Source of the DNA: Corallochytrium limacisporum Hawaii
Lineage: Eukaryota; Protista; Pluriformea
Assembly (NCBI GenBank): GCA_002811645.1
Contig: PDIP01000064.1
Location: 30,521-94,520, forward strand
Direction: 5' to 3'
Length of the DNA stretch: 64,000 nt
Numbering within the stretch: the stretch's first letter is position 1; each line of letters begins with the position of its first letter. Shown one piece after another: positions 12,038-23,741 of the stretch. The notes beneath the pieces are model-generated. The model saw only the letters and a list, made by a program, of their open reading frames with translations, ran no database searches and was not told the DNA's origin. The position numbers and the translations under genes are program-made.

Positions 12038-13333
12038 ATGGAAAACCGTAGGTCTGCCGATGGGTATCTGGCGGTCATAACTGCCTCAACATTGGCATGC
12101 CTAGTATTCCCCATCAGTATTCGACTCTTCCGCACGGTCGTGTGGGCACCACTCGGAATCACCGCAAATTCCGGCTGGGTTAGCAATGGTGCAGGGATCA
12201 CCACGGCCACCGCGAGTTTGATCATAGCAGGGGAAGTTGCCATAGCGACAGGTGTTTATTTGGATCCTACGCACTTCGGGGTGAAAGCAGTTGTTGACCT
12301 CAAATGGTATGATTCCTCATACATCAACGCGGGAATCATTGCCACACTGACAGCTGGCTGCGCTTCTATCTTGCGGGAGCTGCACCATGATGCATACATG
12401 AGCGTCAAGGCAGATGGATTCCACGTAGATCGACATTTTCCATTTAGCAGCACTCTCGGCGACCGCCGTGACTACCGTCACAGCACTTTCACCGGATCAC
12501 TGGCCGAATCCGTAGAAAATGTCATCAACAGAGTTGCTACCATCCTCAGCGCTGCAAGTAGCGGGAACTCACCGTCGCTGGATGACTTCAGTCCCCGCGA
12601 ATTCAGTCTGCTGCTCTCCCTCCTTTTCTGGACGCTCGTGGGCGGCAGGCCGTGGCAACCGCTGCCAGCCGATCTGCTCCGCCTTGGACCATTCTACCGG
12701 ACAGGTATCCCGACCCCGCGTGGTGTGATCGCTGGGCCAACAAAGTCAATGCGCGAGAAGCTTGCAAGGATTGCCAATCGGCGCGGGTGCCACAGCTGTG
12801 GCACCGGGCTGCATGGTAACCATTTCATTGCCGACCATCAGCCCCCTAGTGCACTGGTGCGGTCCCACATCAAGAGGAGCTGGCGATGGCTCGGTTGGCT
12901 CGGTGGCGGTGTGGTGCGGTCGCCTCAGCGGGACGCACTGCTGCGTAAGCGCTTCGCTTACAATGGCAGTAGTGCGGGAGGCGGTAAGCGATCATCGCTC
13001 CTGAGATCCGTCGTTTTCTCGCCCTTAACATCTGCAGTGGAGAAGCTGCAGGCGTCCGCGTCACCGTTGCTGCGCCTTTGGGCCCCACCGCAGCGCCTAG
13101 TACCGCACTGTGCTCAGTGTTCCCTAGAGCAAAGCCAACTGTGCGCCAAGTTGACCAGCCGCGCCCTGAGTACAGGCACGGTCCCCAGTTTGGTGGACAA
13201 AGGCGCACTGTGGCGGTCCTGGCGGGTCAGCACGCTACGGATGCACGACCTTTACCTTCCCGTGCCGATGATGTACACCATGGGACTTGCGGATGACCAC
13301 GGCCCCAATGCCGGCGCTGGTTTCGCTCATTGA
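12038..13333 (+). CDS. Membrane-associated hypothetical protein with a C-terminal HNH/Zn-like nuclease motif
   Basis: 431-aa ORF with a hydrophobic N-terminus; GCHSCG...FIADHQPPSAL...QRLVPHCAQCSLEQ motif. Confidence 0.7.
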   Translation: MENRRSADGYLAVITASTLACLVFPISIRLFRTVVWAPLGITANSGWVSNGAGITTATASLIIAGEVAIATGVYLDPTHFGVKAVVDLKWYDSSYINAGIIATLTAGCASILRELHHDAYMSVKADGFHVDRHFPFSSTLGDRRDYRHSTFTGSLAESVENVINRVATILSAASSGNSPSLDDFSPREFSLLLSLLFWTLVGGRPWQPLPADLLRLGPFYRTGIPTPRGVIAGPTKSMREKLARIANRRGCHSCGTGLHGNHFIADHQPPSALVRSHIKRSWRWLGWLGGGVVRSPQRDALLRKRFAYNGSSAGGGKRSSLLRSVVFSPLTSAVEKLQASASPLLRLWAPPQRLVPHCAQCSLEQSQLCAKLTSRALSTGTVPSLVDKGALWRSWRVSTLRMHDLYLPVPMMYTMGLADDHGPNAGAGFAH

Positions 13334-13525
13334 ATGGCTTGGTCTCCTCATGTAACATATGCTAAATTAGTAGAAACTTGTGCCCATATTTCAATACCGA
13401 TTTTGAGATGTACCCAATGGGTTTCCACGTCTTCGTGATGTTTTCATATTTGCGCTGTACTTTGTGTTGACGCATTTTCCAAGCGTCTTTTAGCTCCTGT
13501 GCTGGTGGCGAATGCTATAGTGCAC

Positions 13526-13884
13526 TTACTTGAGTTCCAGGTCTTCCAAACTCTTCTGCATATTGTAAAAAAAGGAAAGTAATTAATCAATACCATGGTT
13601 AGCAAAATTCAGTTCATTTCCCATTACACCAACCTTCGCAATCCCATTTCTCTGTTTATACTTACCCGTTCACTACCTGGTTCTGCCGTCTCATGGCTGG
13701 CCAAGGGATCAAACTCGTCCAAAGACGTGTCCACTTGCTGAACATTCTCCTTCGATACGCTTGTAGCTACCTCATTGCCGCTCCCTTCAGAAAGCGCCTG
13801 TGGGTCTGCCACCTTTTCAGCCTTCAGTTCCACCTCAGGTAGACTATCTGGTGCGGGATCGCCCACCTTTGCAACGTCGGCCAT
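13526..13884 (-). CDS. Small acidic hypothetical protein with two exons (13884-13666 and 13555-13526)
   Basis: ATG ORF MADVAKVG...; phase-0 GTAAGT donor at 13665, GCTAAC branch at 13603-13598, pyrimidine tract, CAG acceptor at 13556; exon 2 reads KSLEDLELK*. Confidence 0.55.
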
Positions 13885-14845
13885 TGTTTACGTTCTCTTG
13901 TATGATATCACGCTTCTATATCCTGTCGCAGTCCATAAATGGGTTAAATGATAGCTATCTCGTTTGATATCGATCCGACTACCGTGCCATACGGGTCACG
14001 TTTAAACGATCTCGTTGTTTCATTATTGGACGTTCAAATAGACCAGTGCATGAAATAGCCTCGGATGCCTGCCAATGGGTGACCTTTTTGGGGTTTTCTT
14101 AAAGGAGAGATGAAACACCGACAGATGCGATGGACAGACCCACAGCAATCTCCGTGGGCCCGCGACTGGGTATCTCTGGTGCTCACACTAACCCCAACCC
14201 CCCCCCCTTACCCAAAATTTCGGTGACAGCAGCAAATATGTTCAAACCGCACGTCCGTACTTTCACTACTGAAATCCAGAGACTCCCTCACCCTTGCCAG
14301 GCCGTAGTGGCCCCTATTTAGGGGTCCTCCTCGCCCGGTCCTCGGGGCAACGGGTGGTACCACCGATTGAAAAGCCTGGCCCGCTTTTGGGAAAACATTG
14401 CGCAGGAAGGGTTAAAATCACAGGGGCCGGAAAGAGAAAAAAAAAATATTCGTAAAAACACACACAGCCCCGAGGACCCCCAGGCCCCACCAACCCGTCG
14501 CTTGCCCTCCCCTCCCCCCCTCCTTTAGTTTCCTGTGTATTTTCCCATTTGGAGCGCCCCCCCGGGGGGGGGGGGGGGTCCTGGCCCTAAGCGCCCGGGG
14601 GCTACCGGAGAGGAGACCGTTTGGACGCGCGCAGTTGGGGTGGGAGCGCTGCGCCGCTCTGCTGCGGTTCGCGGGTTTCGGAGGAGCGGCGGGGGTTCGT
14701 TAGGGGAACAGTTCAAGACCGGGTGGCCCCTCCGTGGCGGGGGGGGGGGCAGACTTAGGACCCAGTGCTGTGGTATTGACTATTATAGTACATCTGTCTA
14801 TGTAGCGGGGTTTGGTTTATAGTTTAGTTGCTATTACTGTGTGTT

Positions 14846-17068
14846 TCACGCAGATATTGACGATGGTGGAACAGTGTCCTGATTCTCTGCCCGGCGATGC
14901 TCCAGGCCGATGCGGGTAACAAGGAAGAAGACGGCCGCGTTTGTGACGTGATAGGCCACAAACATTGAGAAGCCTGAGTACAGCGCAGATACGCCGTGGA
15001 ACTGGACGGTACGAATGGCACAATCCATAAAGGACGTGAACGGAGTACTCAGAGCCACCGCCGAGATCACACTGCCATCCACACCTGTAACTACCACTCC
15101 CAGGCCTTGCAGATGAAGCTTTACGAGGATGGTATTCACAGGATACGCTACCGCGTCCCCGACAAAGGCTGCAAGCATCGATGCCGCAGCGTGTGATGTG
15201 ATGGTGCTGACTGCTTCCACTGTCTCCTCATTGATGTTTTCTGCAAAATCTTCCGACCCATCATCACCGGCCGGATTTGATCCGGATTGGAAGTATCGTA
15301 AGAATCCCATAGGGAACAGGCTGCCGTGGTGCAGCAAGTTGCGCAGGACACGCCGCTCAACCAGGAGACTCACTCCGTCCTGCAGCAAGGTGCAGAGAAT
15401 AGCCGGTAGGGCCAATTTCCAAAGGCTCAGCGGTCGCGATATAACCAGAGTAGCAGCTTTGGTCAGATTGGCGCTCTGATCCAAGATTTCACTGGGTGCA
15501 TGTGTGTGTGGCAGGATTCGTGCCCGTAGAACCTGCCACAGAGTCGGCAGAAACGACCACACAATCCCCCAATAGGGACCAATGGCATTGTTCGGGGTGA
15601 GAAGACCATGTTGCACGGCTGTCACAGCTACACTCGGGTCGCCAGCCATTCTACGGTTCCATCCCGGATGGCGGGGATTGGCGGCCACTGCCGCAATTAC
15701 AGCGACCGAGGTGACCGGTAGACTGAGCACAGATGCAAGAGATCGGCTGATTACGAAGCGCACCAGACCTGTCATGGGATGCATGGGTTGACCATCGCTA
15801 TATCTGCGCTGGAGTGCCAAGGTCTCGTTCTTGTCTGTGAGCCCTTGTTCATTGTCATTCTCGTCGAACGGACTGTCCTGCTCCCCATGCTCCTCTTCGG
15901 TCTCAAGCAAGGAGTCCTGCAGATGATGTTGAGCACTTGCGTTCGCCAATGATTGCAGCAGATACGCGTTGATTGCAGTCTGCAGGCCAATGTGCAAACT
16001 ATCCCTTAGACACTCTTCTGTGTAGCCCCGCGCTGGAACGCGGCGAAGCATGACAAAGAATGCATCCATGACCCCTGCACTGGCCGTGGGTATGGATTGA
16101 CCACTAGACAATGGCATGATCGCGCGTTGCCCCTGGTTCAACAGCCAGCGCCAAGGCTGCAGTTCGCTACTGCTTGGAGTGGGCCAGGCTTGAAGTTGTA
16201 GTTTTAGCGCGAGCAGAGGAAAGCTCACCAGGCTTGCCACCAGACTACCTACCATAGCACTCTCTAGCTGTAACTTCAAATCCTCCTCGTCTGTGGGCGG
16301 TCGAGTCACTTTCTTTGCAACGGGAGCTTCAACCACATTGCCACTAGCCATAGGCAATGTCAAGCTTTCCACAGTTGCTGCGGCCGCTGCCGCCTGTGCT
16401 GAGTCGGCGCTGAGACTGTAGGTTGACTGTGCGTGCAAATTCGTCATGCTTCGGTTCAGGCTGCTCTGGCTATTATATCGCTCAACTCGCCGTCGTCCCC
16501 GTGAGCTGCGTGTCCGTGAAGCTATATTTATATTACTACCGGTGTCTGCCACTGCTACCGCTTCTACGTCCTCTGCTGCGCTCTCCTCCCTTCTAGGGGA
16601 CGTGGGAATCCCGGACTCTTCAAGCTCGATCTGTCTGGCGATTTGACTATTGCTCTCGTAGGCTACGGCATGCAAAATTTCTTGCTGCGCTTGTAAATCC
16701 GGCGTGCTGTATCCACGACTCCTAGGCGTGGTGTATCCGCTCACTGAACCACCCAAATTCAGCAGGTCAAGGTTGCTGCCAACGGCATCGTTGCCCAAAA
16801 ATGCACCACCGAGGCCAAGATTGTGGTCGTACCGGTGGTACTCTCGTTCCAGCTCTGCGCCCGATTCTGATCCAGAAACTCGCGTCTGTGGAGTGCGTTG
16901 TCCTCCATCTGTATAAGATCGCACCCGTAAACTCGGGCTGGAACCGCGACTGGACATGACACGCAGGTCTCCATGTGACCCAGCCCTACTCCGTCCTTCC
17001 TGCCGATCCGGGTTGCGCCAGGACGAGCTGGCCACCCCGAAAAAGTACCAAGGTGCTAGGTATACCAT
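14846..17068 (-). CDS. SLC25A46: Mitochondrial outer-membrane carrier-like protein SLC25A46/Ugo1
   Basis: Degenerate carrier repeats; C-terminal AYPVNTILVKLHLQG...FTSFMDCAIRTVQFHGVSALYSGF resembles SLC25A46; long disordered N-terminus. Confidence 0.75.
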   Translation of the reverse strand: MVYLAPWYFFGVASSSWRNPDRQEGRSRAGSHGDLRVMSSRGSSPSLRVRSYTDGGQRTPQTRVSGSESGAELEREYHRYDHNLGLGGAFLGNDAVGSNLDLLNLGGSVSGYTTPRSRGYSTPDLQAQQEILHAVAYESNSQIARQIELEESGIPTSPRREESAAEDVEAVAVADTGSNINIASRTRSSRGRRRVERYNSQSSLNRSMTNLHAQSTYSLSADSAQAAAAAATVESLTLPMASGNVVEAPVAKKVTRPPTDEEDLKLQLESAMVGSLVASLVSFPLLALKLQLQAWPTPSSSELQPWRWLLNQGQRAIMPLSSGQSIPTASAGVMDAFFVMLRRVPARGYTEECLRDSLHIGLQTAINAYLLQSLANASAQHHLQDSLLETEEEHGEQDSPFDENDNEQGLTDKNETLALQRRYSDGQPMHPMTGLVRFVISRSLASVLSLPVTSVAVIAAVAANPRHPGWNRRMAGDPSVAVTAVQHGLLTPNNAIGPYWGIVWSFLPTLWQVLRARILPHTHAPSEILDQSANLTKAATLVISRPLSLWKLALPAILCTLLQDGVSLLVERRVLRNLLHHGSLFPMGFLRYFQSGSNPAGDDGSEDFAENINEETVEAVSTITSHAAASMLAAFVGDAVAYPVNTILVKLHLQGLGVVVTGVDGSVISAVALSTPFTSFMDCAIRTVQFHGVSALYSGFSMFVAYHVTNAAVFFLVTRIGLEHRRAENQDTVPPSSISA

Positions 17069-20000
17069 GATTCTACTAATTGAGATGTTCGTTTGAACTC
17101 CCTACTGTTCAAGAGTCAATCATGTTCCACATCTCTTCTGAAAACTGGGCACAGTGTAATTTACCACAGAGGACAAAGCTGCTACCATTGACTGCCCTTT
17201 GGTACAAGTAGCTTTTAAACCATGAGTTCACAAAAGATATACCGAAGGTGAGTCCCCGCGGCGAACAGGAAATGATGTTGTGCCCTTTGTCAATCAAGAA
17301 ACCTCTGCCCTGAACAGTGGTTGGTTGGTCTGGTTGCCCTGTTTCAGGGCCCGCCCCTACCTCGGACCCTCCACCGAGCCCCGCCTCCACCGAACAAACA
17401 GACTCGGACGGAACGGCACCCCCCCCCCTCTCCCGTTGACCCGTTCCACCGACCCATTGGCGGAAGCGGGGGCCTAGGGGGAACGCAAGTCTAAAGTGAA
17501 CCGCGTCATCTAACTGAAGACCTTACATTTATGATTTTACGAATTTGTGTTCCATAGAAGGCCCGGATATATATATTACCCACCGGTTTGGCTGATGGCA
17601 TCGGGTATCATTTGGGCACGGGGTACCTTTACTTTTTCTATTTCCCTTACATTTTCGAACGGTGCGGGAGTATGACGTCGGGTTGGTAGGGCCATATGCC
17701 GCCTGATCACTAATTTCGTAAATGTAATGGATATGCCCTACACCAATTTGTGAATTTGGGGGACGTATCAAATGTTGGCTGATTTCTTTCCTGGGCGGAC
17801 TGCGCCATACCCCCGGTATTGGGCCAGCCTTCCTTTTCGGCTGATTTCAATGAGCAACGCAAATTTGGGACCGTTGCTGCTGTTCGCTGGGACCCGATTC
17901 GGGTCAACTGCTGCTTCATATGTCCATATGTTTAGTACCAGAGACGCCAACAATGGGAAACGGAACACTTGGGTGGTGCGACTGTGTGATTGCGCCACCC
18001 ACTGTTGGTTTGCAACAATGGGGCCATTCAAGGATTATTGGCGATACTAATAGTATGCGATTCTGTTCCGCGAAAAGGGGAAGAATCCGAAACCGTGCGC
18101 CGGTCAGGCACAGGGCGCCCGATGCGATCCATCGAGCCCGCAAGTGGGCCAAGGTAGGCAAATTCGAGCCGGGAAAGTAGTACAATTTGTACTTTGATGA
18201 AAGGAATGTTAAAACCACAGGGGCATATTAACAACTTGCCACAGTGCCTGGAGACAGAGAATGGGGCCAAAGACTGACGAGGGACAGAGGAAAGGAGTTC
18301 GCCTTGGACGAAGAGTTCTGCTGGTCTCACTCTTTCTATATGGGCTAATTTCCATACTGAATTCACTATGTGTTTCCTTGATGTTTTGTTCTTTGTTCTG
18401 GCGTTTGCAAGGTTATTGTTGGCTTTTGCTAGAGTCGACCAAACTGTTCACCTGGCCCATGCAAATGCTGCTGCGGCGCATCCCAATGCGACCCCACACC
18501 GACCCCATACGATCCCGCCACTAAGACGCAAGATTTGATCATCAATTCAGGTGCTGTGGATGTCGTCAGGCAAATGAAGTGAGCACCGTGTTTCTCAGCA
18601 GATCATGTCCATCCGCTCCGCATCCGCAAGGTATGCATGGTATCACAGTCAATTTATTTCCTCTTGGGCACATCCATCGCATGCTGGCACTGTTCGGATC
18701 AAAATAAAGCGTCAGCCAGTGGTGCACTACCGACCCGATCAGAGCGGCGCAGCACTCCTGGATCGCGCGCACATGTGATGCTCATGAAATCCTTGAAAGC
18801 GATCGCTCGTGATTCTTCACCGTCCCATCCTTCTCATTATCTACCCTAATATACTGCCTTTTTGTTTCTCTTTCTCTTCCGCCCTAATCTCTCCTCCTTT
18901 AATTACTGGCTGAACCTAGGACACTAGGGCCATACTCTCGGCAGGAGGGTCAGCCAAACCTTGCGCCCTGTAGTGAAAGTAAGGGAAATGTGTGAGAAAA
19001 GCTTTCCAGTAATTCGGCGGAGAGAGAGAGCCCCCCGGGGGGAGGGGGTCCCGTGTTGACGAGGAAAAGAGGGACCACCGACGAACTGCCTTGAAAGCCA
19101 AATCACCATCACAAGAGCGCATCCAACAGACATGTTTGCCGTTGATACGAGTGCGCACACAGTTATCCAAGCCAGAGCAGGTAGCATAACACCAGCATGC
19201 ATGACGTTCTATTAGCCTATCTCGAATAGGAATTAACCGTACGATGCGCTCAAAAGTATCAGCATAAACCGGTCGTTGCGATGTTCTCGTGTTTGCAACA
19301 TGTAGCATGTGTGTGCTGCACAACTGTGTGCCATGCGAAGACCTAAAAAAGAGTTTTTCTTGTTTCATGTCACTTCCTGCCCGCTTACGATCTCGATCTG
19401 TGGTCGACACACGGGCACCAGCAAACCCTAAATGCAGTACCCCTCTGGAAACGATCTCTTTACTTTCCGAACAAAGATTTGGTTCGGCTCTTTGAGTCAT
19501 ACCACTCCAGCGTAGCGCGGTGCGTGCGTAACTCCCAGTCAATCTCAGAGGCTTACACCACACACTCACACACACAAACACACAACATCAACCCAGGGCC
19601 GTCTACCCCAAAGAAAGAAAAGGGAAAAGTTAAAGGAAAGAAGGAAAAGGAAGGAAGAAGAACGACCCGGGCGTGTTGCCCGTGGGTCCGGCAGCGGGGG
19701 TTGTGCGTAGAGTGCGGATTGTATGACCATGGTGACCTGAACGGCAAGAGAGAAAATGAATACATCAGCGCGTTAATTACTAAAAAAAAAAAGAGAGAGC
19801 GAGAGAGAGAGTACAGAGACGGACATGACAAGGGCCCCGGGAGGGAGGGGGGGCAAGCCCTCCCTTCCCGGAGCTCCTCTCACTGAGAATCCCTTTCTTA
19901 GATTATTGGGAGAATGAAGAAAGATACACCGAGGCCGCCGGGGCCATTGTGAGAACAAGAAGAAAAAAAGGAAAAAGAAAGAAAAGGAACGGACCAGTGA

Positions 20001-20633
20001 ACCCCCGGGGGAGGTTAATACACCTGCAAAATATACGCGGGTGGGTCCGTACCCCCCCCCCTCTCTCTCTCTTCCCCGGCGGGGCGCGTCAGCACCGCGT
20101 AATATGGAATTTCGTCCTTCGTTCCTACTCTTCGACTCAATGACAAAAAGAAAACAAAAAAATTGCCAGTTTGTGTTTCTTTGGGCCTGCTGGGCGCGAG
20201 GGAAAAGAGGGGATGGGTGGCCAGGGGAATGAATGGTAGAAGAGAGAGTCAGACCGAGGGAGGGAGAGAGAGCGAGAGCGAGAGAGAGATGAGGAGGAGG
20301 ACAAGATTCCTTCTCCTGGATCGTTCCTCCACCAATTCCATATTAATACCATACTACCATTATACCATAATACGAATCAGTTTAAAAAAAGAAATGAAAG
20401 GGGCAACCCCCCTCCTACCCCGGCAAGTGGTGACCTCCGCCCTTTCGCCGCTTGGTGGTCTCATTGGTGTGCAAAAAAGGGAGGGTCCGGTTTGGCGATG
20501 ACATAGTAATAATACCAAAGATTACCTCAGTTTTTTCTGTGCGTGGGTGGGAGGGACTGGGGACCCTTCTCTCTCTTGGCTCGGCGGGTTTACTATACAA
20601 GGAGAAGGGGAACCACCCCGGGGAGGGGGGGGG

Positions 20634-20882
20634 NNNNNNNNNNNNNNNNNNNNNNNNNNNNNNNNNNNNNNNNNNNNNNNNNNNNNNNNNNNNNNNNNNN
20701 NNNNNNNNNNNNNNNNNNNNNNNNNNNNNNNNNNNNNNNNNNNNNNNNNNNNNNNNNNNNNNNNNNNNNNNNNNNNNNNNNNNNNNNNNNNNNNNNNNNN
20801 NNNNNNNNNNNNNNNNNNNNNNNNNNNNNNNNNNNNNNNNNNNNNNNNNNNNNNNNNNNNNNNNNNNNNNNNNNNNNNNNNN
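20634..20882. other. Assembly gap (N run) flanked by G-rich sequence
   Basis: Run of N in the sequence. Confidence 0.99.
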
Positions 20883-21710
20883 GGAGGAGAAGGAGGGGGG
20901 GGGAGAGGGTTCGTGGTACGAAAGGGTTGGATGACCTCGTCCAACAATCAAACGCACGCAGGTTGCAGCACCACCCCCTCCCCCCTTTTCTTCTCACTTT
21001 TCTCTCCCACCCACCCCCCAAAATTGCGCAGTACTGCGGTCACCTGAGCGGGGGGCTTAGGGTTAAAATGAAAGAGCGAGCGAGATAGGGAGAGAGGGGG
21101 GGGGGTGCGGAGAGAGGGAGAGCACGCTGCTAATACTAAATAAACAGGGTCAGCAGGTGACTCCCCCCTAACCTTCCTCTCCCTAGCCGATCCGTGCCCC
21201 AGACCTCTTGCGCACTTGCCCTACGCTACTCCGTTCAAAACCTTTCTCTCGTCTTTCTTTGTGAGGGAGAGTTTGGTTCGCAAAGAGCGTACCGGCGGGG
21301 GGGGATCCACACATTTTCTATACGCTCGTCGGAGATCCCGGGAACAGAACGAAACGGGAGATGAAGGAAGTTTCCGCCTGGGATGAGACCCGACGGTCGG
21401 GGATGGGGGGAAAAGGTGAGCGCAACGGTCAAAAGAGCAATTCTTTTGCAGTGCTGGTTTGTTTGGTCAGACAGCAAGAATATCGTTCGGTGTCCCTGAT
21501 GTCTGTGTTGTTGTTTCTGTGGCGCGACCATACAGTTGTGCATCCCTAAACACGCCGGTTTGGCTGACTGCGCACTGATCCAAGTGGCTATTTAAGTGGA
21601 CCAAGTACGGAAAAATTCACGATCAATTGTGTTTGAGGATACTTAACACGTGACTAAGGGAAAGAATAGAGGTCTTGGATTGGTCTTGTACACTCCAGAT
21701 ATTTCCCACC

Positions 21711-23018
21711 ATGGCGAAAATTGCAACCTACGGATTATTTGGCCTCCCCGGCACATTCCTGGCCATCCTGTTTGCGCTGTGGATGATGCCCCGCGCTGAC
21801 GTACCGAAGCACATGCAGAATCACAAGCTCGTCTATGACGGACAGCTCCTGAGCGAGGAAATGGGCGATGCACTGGTTGCTCGCCTGAAATCAGTAGATT
21901 ACCTGCCTTCCAACAACAACGATCTCAAGTTCTACACTACTCGCCACGAACACATTGGTGAGGCGGTACCTTACTCTCCGGACGAGGGCTGCCCGCACCC
22001 ACTCATGGTTCCCTCCATCAACCGTACCGAATGCATCCTGCCCGGTCGAGTGGACATCGCTAAGCACTACATTACCGGTGGTGGTCTGGAGGGCCGCAAG
22101 GAACGGTTCGAAGTGGCTGCCAGCCGCCTGCAGAGCTTTGGTCAGTATAACTGGGACTTGAACGTCTACCCTGAATTGCCCAAACTCTTTGCCGACTCCA
22201 AGTTTCAGCAATTCAGCAAGTCCGTTTGTCCTGATGACAGGCAGTACCTCGACCCGTTCCAGTTCAATTTCATTGTCCAGGTACCTGGACAGACAGTAGC
22301 ACTTCATCTGGATGGTGTTTACTTCTGGGGTGCGAGTCGCTTCGAGTTCCCGCAGTGGCTCCTCGCTGTTATGGCCTTCAGCAATCTCTGGTCCGAGGAG
22401 TTCATCGATCAGGTCCAGGTGGTCGCCTACCTGCATTCTTGGGACAACTACGATGAACGCGCTGGACAATTTGTATACTGGGTAGACGGTACGGCCGTGC
22501 CCCAGCGGGAAACTCCGAAGAAATACGCCGGCTCTGCCGTGGATGGCACCAAGACTATGCATGCTGCAGAAGTCTACTACCCGCAGCGGAAGCTTCCAAT
22601 CATCAATGGAATGGCAGATAACAGACTGGTCAACGTCGACGGCAAGGGTGAGAAATGGGCTCTGGTAAGCGGTGGCGAAACTCTTCAAACGTACGACTGG
22701 GATGATCTGCGTGTGACTGTGGTGTACCGCGGACGGTGCTTCAAGGACAAGGAGGAAGCCGAAGCTTACAAGAATCTGCCCGACGAGAAGAAGATGGCTC
22801 TCGAAGAGGTCCTGGCCAAGCTCGGCGATGACTTGGTCAAGCGCGGTCGTGTGTCCCAGCAGAAGCTGGACGATATGAGTAGGTTCGACTTCGCCCAGCT
22901 TTTGGTCCAGGAGTACATCAAGTACCCCTACAGTCCGACCGCCATCATTCCGTACAACTACTGCGCCCTGCCCAGACTGCTGCCGTTCACAAAGCCCCTG
23001 CTGGACATGATCTGCTAG
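21711..23018 (+). CDS. Putative membrane-anchored 2OG-Fe(II) dioxygenase of an uncharacterised family
   Basis: ATG at 21711 in an ACCATGG context; N-terminal TM; HxD motif (ALHLDG), distal His (TMHAA) and R-x-T; strong coding codon bias. Confidence 0.7.
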   Translation: MAKIATYGLFGLPGTFLAILFALWMMPRADVPKHMQNHKLVYDGQLLSEEMGDALVARLKSVDYLPSNNNDLKFYTTRHEHIGEAVPYSPDEGCPHPLMVPSINRTECILPGRVDIAKHYITGGGLEGRKERFEVAASRLQSFGQYNWDLNVYPELPKLFADSKFQQFSKSVCPDDRQYLDPFQFNFIVQVPGQTVALHLDGVYFWGASRFEFPQWLLAVMAFSNLWSEEFIDQVQVVAYLHSWDNYDERAGQFVYWVDGTAVPQRETPKKYAGSAVDGTKTMHAAEVYYPQRKLPIINGMADNRLVNVDGKGEKWALVSGGETLQTYDWDDLRVTVVYRGRCFKDKEEAEAYKNLPDEKKMALEEVLAKLGDDLVKRGRVSQQKLDDMSRFDFAQLLVQEYIKYPYSPTAIIPYNYCALPRLLPFTKPLLDMIC

Positions 23019-23741
23019 AGCGGTCCGCAAACAAAAATCATAGAATCATTACAGCCCATCTCCAAACACCATCGTAACATTAAAGAAGGTGTTGTCTTTC
23101 ATGCGTTAGTACTTGGCTATTTTCCGAAGCGTTTGCGAGAGAGTCCCCTTTGTACATTCTTGCTTTCATCGCCTATGTACACGCCTGCAAATCACGCAGA
23201 AAAGTACGGTATGGTACGCGGCCATTGGTAACATACTGCTGACGAATGACCTCCATGTCGTCCGGAGCCATCTGAATGTGTAACAAAGAGAATGTGCTGG
23301 AGAAGGCGGTTGCCGCAAGGGAACCCGTGCGAGGCCTGTCCACGTCGTCAAATGCAAAGCGAACGTCTACTCGACGGCCACACGCAGCAGCGGTTTTCGA
23401 TATACGGATTTGGCTGCAACCTGAGCAGCAGTCGGCCCCCCGCTCAGACCGGAGGGAGAGGGGGTTGCGAAGGGGTCCGAATGTGGGGCGGGAACGGGTC
23501 CGGAGCAGGAGCCGGACGGGCCAGCCACTATCATTTCACGGTATGCCGAGGCAAGGATATTAAGAGTACTTCAGACGATCAGAGCGCCATAGCATTGACT
23601 AAGCAAACTTACCAAAGTGAGCAAGAATTTCGAGAATGTATTGAAGTTCTCTTAAACGGGGTTGCCATTATAGTGTTGCACCGCCAAATCATGACGTAAC
23701 ACAGCTGGGAGTCTTAGGAGACGACGAAGACGTAAATCATC

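Noticed and set aside
21891-23030. 379-aa antisense ORF
   Set aside because: In-register shadow of the + strand oxygenase
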